Source: an uncultured Ignisphaera sp.
Lineage (GTDB): Archaea > Thermoproteota > Thermoprotei_A > Sulfolobales > Ignisphaeraceae
Assembly: GCA_964568685.1 (NCBI GenBank)
Contig: CAZMQK010000002.1
Span: forward strand, 16,554-40,553
Length of the DNA: 24,000 nucleotides
Direction: 5' to 3'
Position numbers and translations under genes: made by a program. Below are positions 1-6,841 of the stretch, one piece after another. Under the pieces are notes generated by a model that was not told the origin of the DNA, made no database searches, and was given only the letters and a program-made list of their open reading frames with translations. Every line of letters starts with the position of its first letter. Position 1 is the first letter of the stretch.

Positions 1-871
1 ATGCCGCTGCGATAAACTCCATCTTTTTACCGCTTTTCAGCCCCATGAATGGGTACATAAAGCCCCCAAAATTGCTTCCACCGCCAACACACGCTACCAG
101 CACATCCGGTTCCTCGCCTATGATCTCGAGCTGTTTCATTGTTTCTAAGCCAATTACAGATTGATGCATCAAGATGGCGTCGAGAACACTGCCCATAACA
201 TACTTGTAGCCATTTTCTAAAGCATACTCTATTGCTTCGCTAATAGCTATTCCCAGGGATCCTGGATGCCTCGGGTTTCTCTCAACAACCTCTACACCTA
301 TTTTTGTTAATTTCGAAGGACTTGCAACAACCTCTGCCCCGTAGAACTCCATCAAAGCCCTTCTCCCAGGCTTCTGCTCATAACTCGCCTTAACCATGAA
401 CACAGTAGCCTCTACGCCATATAGTGAAGATGCTAAAGCCACTGCTGCACCCCATTGACCCGCTCCCGTCTCCGTAGTCACGTGGTCCACCCCCTCATCA
501 TATGCGTAAAACACTTGTGGCACTGCAGTGTTTACCTTATGCGAGCCTGTTGGCAGAGCCCCTTCAAACTTGAAGTATATCCTAGCTGGAGTATTGAGGA
601 ACTCCTCTAGAGCTTTTGCACGATACAGTGGAGTTGGCCTTCCCAATACCTTGTACTTCTCTTTTACCTCATCTGGAATTTTGACAAATCTATCAATAGT
701 GAATTGCTGCTTTAAAACCTCTCTTGGCAGTATCTGCTTAAGCAAATCAATTCTAGAGCTATTTTCTGGGGGATCTATTGGTGGAGGAAGGGGTTTTGGT
801 AAATCTGGTATTATGTTATACCAGTAGTTAGGCAGAACCTCATCCACATACCTACTCGAGTTATTTACCAT
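1..871 (-). CDS. trpB: Tryptophan synthase beta chain, TrpB2-type (PLP enzyme). Only the N-terminal ~290 codons are present; the C-terminus runs off the left edge.
   Basis: My own minus-strand translation from the ATG (complement of 869-871) reads [31 protein letters not shown]...[41 protein letters not shown]...[13 protein letters not shown]...[17 protein letters not shown]. The GSHK PLP-lysine motif, GAGQxG, CVGGGSN and the long N-terminal extension are typical of TrpB2. The frame is open to position 1, which is why it is missing from the ORF track. Confidence 0.85.
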   Translation of the reverse strand, partial: MVNNSSRYVDEVLPNYWYNIIPDLPKPLPPPIDPPENSSRIDLLKQILPREVLKQQFTIDRFVKIPDEVKEKYKVLGRPTPLYRAKALEEFLNTPARIYFKFEGALPTGSHKVNTAVPQVFYAYDEGVDHVTTETGAGQWGAAVALASSLYGVEATVFMVKASYEQKPGRRALMEFYGAEVVASPSKLTKIGVEVVERNPRHPGSLGIAISEAIEYALENGYKYVMGSVLDAILMHQSVIGLETMKQLEIIGEEPDVLVACVGGGSNFGGFMYPFMGLKSGKKMEFIAAA

Positions 872-939
872 TGGCTCATATCTATCCCTCAAACACTACA
901 ACGCCATTCCTAGTTTAAAAGCTTATCTGTCTACCATCA

Positions 940-994
940 CCATCAGCTTGCGGAGACTCTTCACCCATCGTCCTGGTCTAGAACTCATCATCTG
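940..994 (-). ncRNA. Candidate C/D box sRNA with degenerate internal boxes
   Basis: The minus strand reads ATGATGA(C, 991-985)-GTTCTAGACCAG-GACG-ATGG-GTGAAGA(C'-like)-GTCTCCGCAAG-CTGA(D, 946-943). C and D are consensus, while D' and C' are weak. TATA-like elements on the minus strand (plus coordinates 1017-1034) lie at a suitable distance. It sits between the stop of the upstream gene (1002) and the trpB promoter. Confidence 0.4.
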
Positions 995-1001
995 AGTGAT
1001 A

Positions 1002-1508
1002 CTACAATCCAAATATCTTTTTAAGGATTATAACTCCTGTATACGTAACTGTGAAGACTATTAGCGAAGCTCCTAAAACCCCCACCTCTATAGCTATTAG
1101 TGCTTTCTTTTTATTTAATCCAAGTAGAAAGGCTATTAGCGAAGCTGTCCAAGCCCCTGTTACTGGGAGCGGTATAGCAACAAATACTGCGAGGGCTGGG
1201 ATCTCGTATCTCTCAAATTTTCTACCTCTTTTCCGCACATAATCAATTATCTTTGTATACAGCTTCCTCAATTGCTTTGGCACTATTTTCGAGCTTCTAA
1301 TGAATATGTCTATGTATTTTAGTAGGTAGAGCACAAAGGGTGCTATCATAAGATTACTAAGAATCGCTACAAGCATACCTAAACCGAGCATTGCAACGTC
1401 ATTACTAAACCACATAACTGCTAGTGGTATACCACCTCTAACCTCTGATATTGGTAGAAATGACGCTAGGAAGATGTTGAGGAGCTTTATGGCTGTGCTG
1501 AGCTCCAA
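1002..1508 (-). CDS. Small integral membrane protein, resembling the 'small multidrug export' (COG2426 / PF06695-like) family
   Basis: 168-aa ORF with about 4-5 hydrophobic segments. The N-terminal motif LPISEVRGGIPLA resembles the family signature as I recall it. The start is a TTG, so it is uncertain. Confidence 0.6.
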   Translation of the reverse strand: MELSTAIKLLNIFLASFLPISEVRGGIPLAVMWFSNDVAMLGLGMLVAILSNLMIAPFVLYLLKYIDIFIRSSKIVPKQLRKLYTKIIDYVRKRGRKFERYEIPALAVFVAIPLPVTGAWTASLIAFLLGLNKKKALIAIEVGVLGASLIVFTVTYTGVIILKKIFGL

Positions 1509-1522
1509 AGCAATTCACACAA

Positions 1523-2020
1523 CTACTTTGGGGGCCACACTCTATCAAAGTAAATGTTTTTAGGCCTTACAGAAAGCGGTATTCCAAAAGCGTAGTCTGC
1601 TTCCATTAATCCCATCTCCTGTGCCGCCACTCCAATACTCATCATAATCCTATTATCTACATTGAGTAGTGCTGCTGTTTTTACTGCTGAGCCAAGTGCT
1701 ATGCCTAAGTTAATTAAGCTAAGCACAGTATCTGCATCTAGACTCCATTTCATAGGCTTTTTAACACCCATCTTAGTAACCTTACAACCAAGTAGTACAA
1801 TAGCATCACTGTTCCTCACGTTATTTGCATCCCTTGCAAAGAAATCCCCATAGATTTGCGAAAGCTCCTCCATCTTCTCTGCCAGCAACTCTATGTCATC
1901 TCTTTTACTCAAAATCTTAATCACAATGTTGTTAACTCCGCGGGCTTTGGGAGCAGTAATGGCGGAGACAGCCATTAGCTTAGCTACTTGATTTACTGCA
2001 TCGTCTAACTCATTACCCAT
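1523..2020 (-). CDS. Conserved hypothetical protein, DUF2148-like, without a ferredoxin Cys cluster
   Basis: 165-aa ORF with a 14-nt gap to the downstream gene, which suggests an operon. The segment AITAPKARGVNN and the overall size resemble DUF2148/COG4739 proteins from memory. There is only one Cys, so no Fe-S insert. Confidence 0.55.
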   Translation of the reverse strand: MGNELDDAVNQVAKLMAVSAITAPKARGVNNIVIKILSKRDDIELLAEKMEELSQIYGDFFARDANNVRNSDAIVLLGCKVTKMGVKKPMKWSLDADTVLSLINLGIALGSAVKTAALLNVDNRIMMSIGVAAQEMGLMEADYAFGIPLSVRPKNIYFDRVWPPK

Positions 2021-2038
2021 GCCTCAAAAGCACCTAAG

Positions 2039-2413
2039 CTACGCTACGGTTTCTTCTGAAGGTCTAATAACGCGTATCTTTACACCATTCTCGACGCAGA
2101 ACTTGTGGAGCTCATCGGATAGCCTAATGTTGCTGAAGTATAGAACGAGTACTGGCTTAGCCCTTATAAGCTTTGCTTTTTCAACAAGGGTCTTAATAGT
2201 GTCCAGAGTCAGCTTTTCTAATTTATCAACAATCTCTATAGCAAATAGCATGCCTCCACATCCTCTAGCAACTAAATGTATAGGACCATACCTTGTTGGA
2301 TGCATAAGCTCTACGCTAAGCCCTGCCGCAATATACCTTCCAGCTACCTTGCCTATTACACCGTACTTCTCCTCAAACTTCTTTGCCAAGAACCTCGCTC
2401 TTGCAGTAACCAT
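2039..2413 (-). CDS. Small PD-(D/E)xK / Mrr-like restriction-endonuclease-fold protein (predicted); catalytic positions appear diverged
   Basis: 124-aa ORF. The layout G..AGRYI...GPIHLVARGCGGMLFAIEIVDK, followed by KPVLVLYFSNIRLSDELHKFCVENGVKIRVI, mimics the Mrr-cat/YraN arrangement (D...ExK, then a 'ft..a..fa...i.l' tail). It has H where D is expected and E-I-V-D where E-x-K is expected. Confidence 0.5.
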   Translation of the reverse strand: MVTARARFLAKKFEEKYGVIGKVAGRYIAAGLSVELMHPTRYGPIHLVARGCGGMLFAIEIVDKLEKLTLDTIKTLVEKAKLIRAKPVLVLYFSNIRLSDELHKFCVENGVKIRVIRPSEETVA

Positions 2414-2555
2414 GGCGAGCGACCTTGAGTCACATGATATTAAATACGTATAATATAAAAGCTTAACTGTCTTTTACCATAGTGTTTACGGATGCAAAGC
2501 TTAAGTATTAAGATAATAACTACTACTTTAGCAAAGGGCTGAAGGGGCGCGCAAC

Positions 2556-3266
2556 ATGACTGGCATTATTTTAAGCATCGAGAATTTGAGTGTGAGCGTA
2601 GGCTCCCGGATCGCTATAAAGGATCTGAGTTTGCAGATCCCTAGCAACACCATACTCTACCTCTTAGGGCCTAATGGCGCTGGAAAGACAACGCTTCTCA
2701 GAGCTATAATAGGGTACCCTGGCTACAACACAGTGAGTGGCGTCATACAGTTTGAGGGTGAAGATGTAACTGATAAGCCTATGGAGTACAGGGTTTCCAA
2801 AGGCCTTGCACTGGCACACCAAATACCCCCAAAACTTGTCGGAGTTAGGGTTGCAGATCTCTTAAGCACCTTGTGTAAGAAAAGTGGGTGTAGCGTAAGT
2901 GACGTGGCTAAGGATATGGAGATAGAGCACCTGCTGTATAGAGAGTTCGGCAAGGGTTTTTCAGGTGGTGAGCTGAAGAGAGTTGAGATAGCCACACTAC
3001 TTGCACAAAGACCAAAGCTCGCACTTGTTGACGAGCCTGATACCGGTGTGGATGTGGACTCCATAGAGATCATAGCAAGGGGGTTGAAAAGGCTAGTTGA
3101 AATCTCTCCACACAAATCCATAGTAATAGTGACGCACACAGCATTTATTGCAAGGTACATAGAGCCTGATGCTACATGTATACTGCTAGGCGGCTCTATA
3201 GTTCGTTGCGGAGACCCTGAGCTTCTGTATAAGGTGATGAGGAGTGGGTTTAAAGGCTTGGCTTGA
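2556..3266 (+). CDS. sufC: Fe-S cluster assembly ATPase SufC (ABC-type)
   Basis: Walker A GPNGAGKTTL, ABC signature FSGGELKR, Walker B LALVDEPDTGVDVDS and the H-loop VTH. The 236-aa size and the position directly upstream of a SufB/D gene fit SufC. Confidence 0.9.
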   Translation: MTGIILSIENLSVSVGSRIAIKDLSLQIPSNTILYLLGPNGAGKTTLLRAIIGYPGYNTVSGVIQFEGEDVTDKPMEYRVSKGLALAHQIPPKLVGVRVADLLSTLCKKSGCSVSDVAKDMEIEHLLYREFGKGFSGGELKRVEIATLLAQRPKLALVDEPDTGVDVDSIEIIARGLKRLVEISPHKSIVIVTHTAFIARYIEPDATCILLGGSIVRCGDPELLYKVMRSGFKGLA

Positions 3267-4440
3267 CGAGGTTAGGGAAAGAGCTTTAAAGGCTTTGACA
3301 AAGCCTTCACCATACGGCGTAGATGTAGATGTAACACCATTTCTTAGCGCTGGTGAAGTGAGGTCTGGGGGTTTTTTAGATTCTGCAAGAGCTGAAAAAG
3401 TTGGTGTAAATCTCAAGGCTAATGCGTTATATATTCAAGTTGATCAAGCGTACTTTAGCTACTTAAGTAGAATACCTGGTGTTGAAGTGCTGAGAATAGA
3501 GGATCTCATTGACCAGAAACCCGATGAAGCTTATGAGTATCTCTGGAGGCTTGTAGACCCTGCAGCAGATAAGTACACAGCCCTTGCTGCACTAAGGGGG
3601 AGGGGTGGTTACTTTATAAAGGTTAAGAGGGGGGTGAAGGTTGAGGAGCCCATCATGGCATGTCTGTACATGAGTTATGGGGGGCTACAGGCACCCCACA
3701 ACATTGTTGTTATTGAGGAGGGGGCTGAGGCAACGGTCTACACGGGGTGCACAATAGCCCCAGAGGTGCTAGGGCTTCACGTAGGCATCTCAGAGTTCTA
3801 TGTAGGTAAGAGCGCTAAGCTGAGGTTCATCATGGTGCACTCGTGGAATAGGGTGGCACATGTGAGGCCTAGAACCGTCGTAAGCGTAGATCATGGTGGA
3901 GAGTACATTTCTTACTATGTAAACATGGCTAGAGTAAAGACCCTCCAAACCTATCCTATAGTACACTTAGCTGACGATGCAAAGGCTTTCCTAGCGTCAA
4001 TTTTACTTGGGCTAGGCAAAGCTGATATAGATGTTGGTAGCAGTGTTTACATACATGGTAATAGTAGTGGCGCTGAACTAGTTTCAAGAGCCTTAGCTAG
4101 AGATGAGGCGAAGATTTTTATGAGAGCTCTGATAGTGGGAGAGGGGGTTTCGAGAGGGCACATAGACTGCAGAGGCCTCATGCTATCCGATAAAGCGTCT
4201 ATTCAAACTGTTCCTGAGCTCATAGCGAAAAACCCCAATGTTATGCTAACACACGAGGCTTCCATAGGCAGGCTTGCTGAAGACGAGATAAATTACCTAG
4301 TGAGTAAAGGGTTTTCAAAAGAAGACGCTGTCTCTGCCCTGATAAGAGGATTTGCATCAATAGATGTTAAGGGACTTCCAGATAGAGTGAGGAGCTATAT
4401 AGAGTCCATAGAGAAGGTAATTTCAGAGAAAGCTCTTTAA
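3244..4440 (+). CDS. sufB: Fe-S cluster assembly scaffold protein, SufB/SufD family
   Basis: 398-aa ORF. The C-terminal HEASIGRLAEDEINYLVSKGFSKEDAVSALIRGF matches the SufB/D signature (HEaxxGxxxxxxlfYLxSRGxxxxeAxxlxxxGF). A GTG start overlaps sufC by 23 nt. Confidence 0.85.
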   Translation: MGLKAWLDEVRERALKALTKPSPYGVDVDVTPFLSAGEVRSGGFLDSARAEKVGVNLKANALYIQVDQAYFSYLSRIPGVEVLRIEDLIDQKPDEAYEYLWRLVDPAADKYTALAALRGRGGYFIKVKRGVKVEEPIMACLYMSYGGLQAPHNIVVIEEGAEATVYTGCTIAPEVLGLHVGISEFYVGKSAKLRFIMVHSWNRVAHVRPRTVVSVDHGGEYISYYVNMARVKTLQTYPIVHLADDAKAFLASILLGLGKADIDVGSSVYIHGNSSGAELVSRALARDEAKIFMRALIVGEGVSRGHIDCRGLMLSDKASIQTVPELIAKNPNVMLTHEASIGRLAEDEINYLVSKGFSKEDAVSALIRGFASIDVKGLPDRVRSYIESIEKVISEKAL

Positions 4441-4552
4441 ATGCTACCAAGCTTAGCTGACCTTACTCTCTGCTCTAAAGGGCGAGGCTCTTAGTCAAGA
4501 CTATGAATAAACACGGCGTAATTAGAACAAGCATCGAGAGCCAAATAATTCT

Positions 4553-4613
4553 AAGCTCAGCTGGGTAACCGCTTCATCACACTTCATTCTCCCCGAAAAG
4601 TTCATCATCAAGA
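4553..4613 (-). ncRNA. C/D box sRNA (probable)
   Basis: The minus strand reads ATGATGA(C, 4608-4602)-ACTTTTCGGGGAGA-ATGA(D'-like)-AGT-GTGATGA(C', 4580-4574)-AGCGGTTACCCAG-CTGA(D, 4560-4557). Spacers are 14 and 13 nt, or 10 nt if D' is GAGA. A TATA-like element sits about 27 nt upstream. Confidence 0.55.
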
Positions 4614-4634
4614 GCCGTTAAATTAGTAGTAAAG

Positions 4635-4643
4635 GTTTTAAAC
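4635..4643. promoter_or_regulatory. Near-palindromic TATA-like element (GTTTTAAAC) positioned to serve both strands
   Basis: Its centre (~4639) lies about 27 nt from the 5' side of the minus-strand sRNA (C box at 4608). It also lies about 27 nt from the GTG/TTG start cluster of the aldolase gene (4667-4676), which would be consistent with a leaderless mRNA. Confidence 0.4.
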
Positions 4644-4666
4644 ATAACTTTGGTATTGAGTTACTG

Positions 4667-5278
4667 GTGTTGTTAGTGAGCTATGATGAGAAGAGGATTA
4701 GGGGAGATATTGTAGATGTTATGCGTAACTTGTACAGAAGAGGTCTTGTTTCTGCTCTTTCAGGTAATGCAAGTATAAGAGTCCCTGGTACAAACTGCGT
4801 TTGGATTACACCTTCGGGTATCTTCAAAGGTGGTCTAACTGTTGATGACCTAGTTAAAATTGATTTGGAGGGCAATGTTGTAGAGGGCTTTAGGAAGCCC
4901 TCAAGTGAGTGGAGATTTCATGTGGCTATATACAAGGCTCGCCCTGATATTAATGCTGTTATACACGCTCACAACCCTGTTACAGTAGCTTTCTCACTTT
5001 CAGGTCTTAGACTTGATGAATCTCTTTTATCTGAGGTAATGTACTTTATAAAGAGAATTGAGTATATACCGCTTGTCGAGCCCGGCACTGAGACCCTGGC
5101 TAAATTAGTTGCAGATAAGGTGTCTAGGGGCAGTAATGCAATTATTTTAGAGAGGCACGGCGTTATTGGAATTGGCAAGGATATATACGAGGCTGAAATG
5201 ATTGTGGAATCCCTAGAAGATCTCGCAAATGTTCAGCTACTTTCAGGGTTAATACGTTTCCTCTTTTCCCTATCTTAG
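4667..5278 (+). CDS. Class II aldolase/adducin-domain protein (FucA / MTRu-1-P dehydratase-like)
   Basis: GNASIRVPGTNCVWITPSG, a WRFH segment and the His cluster VIHAHNPVTVAFS, then ERHGVIGIGKD, are the class II aldolase zinc-binding and active-site motifs. The start is ambiguous among GTG 4667, TTG 4670 and GTG 4676. Confidence 0.8.
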   Translation: MLLVSYDEKRIRGDIVDVMRNLYRRGLVSALSGNASIRVPGTNCVWITPSGIFKGGLTVDDLVKIDLEGNVVEGFRKPSSEWRFHVAIYKARPDINAVIHAHNPVTVAFSLSGLRLDESLLSEVMYFIKRIEYIPLVEPGTETLAKLVADKVSRGSNAIILERHGVIGIGKDIYEAEMIVESLEDLANVQLLSGLIRFLFSLS

Positions 5279-5280
5279 AG

Positions 5281-6147
5281 TTAGAGGCGCAGAGCATTTG
5301 TAACCTCATCGAAAGCCTCATCGGCTTCAATTTCGCTACTCCTAGGCTTTAAATACAGCACCCTTTCTGGAGGTAGATTTGCAACAACTCGACTGGTCTT
5401 TAGACCTGCCTCTCCAAACCTGCTAACATTTTCAATTACTACCTCCTTTAATCTCTTAATGTCTGTATAGATAGCTATTGCAGTAGGCATCACCACAATG
5501 ACAGCAGATACGCTGTTCAGTAGCCTTAGGTAAGGTGTTATAGCGTCATTGAAGGACTCGATGATGACCACATCACTATGAGTACATATCCTACGCCTAC
5601 ATTCTTCAAGGTTGCTTTCCACTTCTGCTGATCTAAGCAATTTTATGAACTCTTGTAACTCCACTTCTTCTGCACTCACTCTTGATGCAAATCTCTCTAA
5701 AAGTCTTTGGATTTGGGGTGGGGCTCTACTTACATTTTCTCTAAATATGTAGTGCTTTGTGGTCCCTGTTAAGCAGTTTGAATACCTTGCTAACACCATT
5801 TGTTTAAACTGATCCTCTAAATCAGCAAGATACTCACCTATATTGCCTATAGTGATGTAGCTCACGGGATTTAGTGGAGAGAGTAAAACGTCTATAGGGT
5901 TCATGATATGGAATTCTGTAAGCCCTAGAGTACTACTGTACTTAGCAACATCCTCTCCAACTAGAATACCATTCTCAATGCTATACAAAAACGAGCGAAA
6001 CTGGCTCCAGAGGTTATGCCCTGCAATCGGTTTAAAAACTCCTACACTATACCCCCTTTTACTGATGCTCTTAGCAAGCCCTACCGAAAACCACGTCTTC
6101 CCAGAATCATATGTTAAGAGACCGGCTACTAGCACTGCACTTTTCAT
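5281..6147 (-). CDS. P-loop protein with a BioD/dethiobiotin-synthetase-like (AAA_26) N-terminal domain; function unknown
   Basis: The N-terminus MKSAVLVAGLLTYDSGKTWFSVGLAKSISKRGYSVGVFKPIAG resembles the BioD/CobQ/Pta N-terminal P-loop followed by 'fKP'. I place the start at ATG 6147 (M7 of the track ORF). A TATA-like element at 6165-6178 abuts the track start at 6165 and is about 27 nt from 6147. Confidence 0.6.
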   Translation of the reverse strand: MKSAVLVAGLLTYDSGKTWFSVGLAKSISKRGYSVGVFKPIAGHNLWSQFRSFLYSIENGILVGEDVAKYSSTLGLTEFHIMNPIDVLLSPLNPVSYITIGNIGEYLADLEDQFKQMVLARYSNCLTGTTKHYIFRENVSRAPPQIQRLLERFASRVSAEEVELQEFIKLLRSAEVESNLEECRRRICTHSDVVIIESFNDAITPYLRLLNSVSAVIVVMPTAIAIYTDIKRLKEVVIENVSRFGEAGLKTSRVVANLPPERVLYLKPRSSEIEADEAFDEVTNALRL

Positions 6148-6164
6148 GGTGGTATCACTGTACA

Positions 6165-6195
6165 TTTATTATAAAAACTTTTAAAACATTAATAA
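6165..6195. promoter_or_regulatory. Compact divergent promoter region with two TATA-like elements
   Basis: TTTATTATAAAAAC (6165-6178) read on the minus strand would serve the P-loop gene. CTTTTAAAACATTAATAAC (6177-6195) is about 27 nt upstream of the GTG at 6212 of the ATP-cone gene. Confidence 0.4.
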
Positions 6196-6211
6196 CACTA
6201 TTCTCTCACAG

Positions 6212-6514
6212 GTGGGAATATTGTCCATAGTTGTAGTAAAGAGAAGTGGTTCTAAAGAGGAGTTCATACCAGAGAAAATTGTTGTTAGTTGCCTAAAAGC
6301 AGGGGCGACACTTGAGGTTGCGAGGAAAATTGCGAAAATTATTGAGGCAAGGCTGTTAGAGCAAGATGTTAAAGAGGTTTCAGCTAAAGATTTGACAAAG
6401 ATGATTTTAGAGTTACTTAAAAAAGAGAATGAAGAGTGGTATAGGAATTGGATAGTGTTTGACAGAGCTGTAAAGAAGAGGAGAACCGAAGAAGAGCTTG
6501 CAAAAAGTCAATAA
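6212..6514 (+). CDS. Stand-alone ATP-cone domain protein
   Basis: The pattern VVKRSGSKEEFIPEKIVVSCLKAG...ARKIAKIIEARL...VSAKDLTKMILELL fits the ATP-cone profile (V.KRdG..e.F...Ki..s...a). There is no zinc ribbon and no catalytic domain. The start is GTG 6212 or TTG 6221. Confidence 0.75.
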   Translation: MGILSIVVVKRSGSKEEFIPEKIVVSCLKAGATLEVARKIAKIIEARLLEQDVKEVSAKDLTKMILELLKKENEEWYRNWIVFDRAVKKRRTEEELAKSQ

Positions 6515-6580
6515 GTGCCCTACCTACACAACTCTATTACCTTCAAAGTTTTTATACCCCTTCGTATTGCAAATCTTCTG

Positions 6581-6640
6581 CGCTTGATGATGAGGAAGAG
6601 CCGATATGAGTTGTGATGAGTTTATCCTCAACTGAGTAGC
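6581..6640 (+). ncRNA. C/D box sRNA
   Basis: ATGATGA(C, 6587-6593)-GGAAGAGCCGAT(12)-ATGA(D', 6606-6609)-GTT-GTGATGA(C', 6613-6619)-GTTTATCCTCAA(12)-CTGA(D, 6632-6635). TATA-like TTTTTATA at 6549-6556 lies about 27 nt upstream of the predicted 5' end. The D' guide is complementary to the conserved LSU rRNA segment GUCGGCUCUUCC, recalled from memory. Confidence 0.8.
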
Positions 6641-6771
6641 ACCTCGTCACTCAGTAGCCTTGAGCTATATACACTTTCTTAGAAGTCCTCGGAGTCGTGC
6701 ATCTCACGAGCTCTACTAACTATTAGTGTAAAATCTTATAATCCTACAGTATTGTGAGAAGGTTTTGCGAA

Positions 6772-6835
6772 AGCACCTATGATGATACTGTCAGTGGCTG
6801 ATGTTAATGATGTCTACACACCCTACTGAATGGTG
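6772..6835 (+). ncRNA. C/D box sRNA
   Basis: ATGATGA(C, 6779-6785)-TACTGTCAGTGG(12)-CTGA(D', 6798-6801)-TGTTA-ATGATGT(C', 6807-6813)-CTACACACCCTA(12)-CTGA(D, 6826-6829). Flanking CACC and GGTG can form a short terminal stem. TATA-like CTTATAAT lies at 6735-6742. Confidence 0.75.
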
Positions 6836-6841
6836 TTAGCT

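Noticed and set aside
528-827. 99-aa plus-strand ORF
   Set aside because: It lies entirely antisense to the well-supported trpB reading frame. It is a shadow ORF with low-complexity, un-protein-like sequence.
4594-4601. Similarity of the 4553-4613 sRNA D' guide (ACUUUUCGGGGAGA) to the conserved LSU segment AACUUCGGGAGAAGG
   Set aside because: The similarity is in the sense orientation, so the guide cannot pair with the rRNA, and it needs two indels. I treat it as coincidence and not as target evidence.
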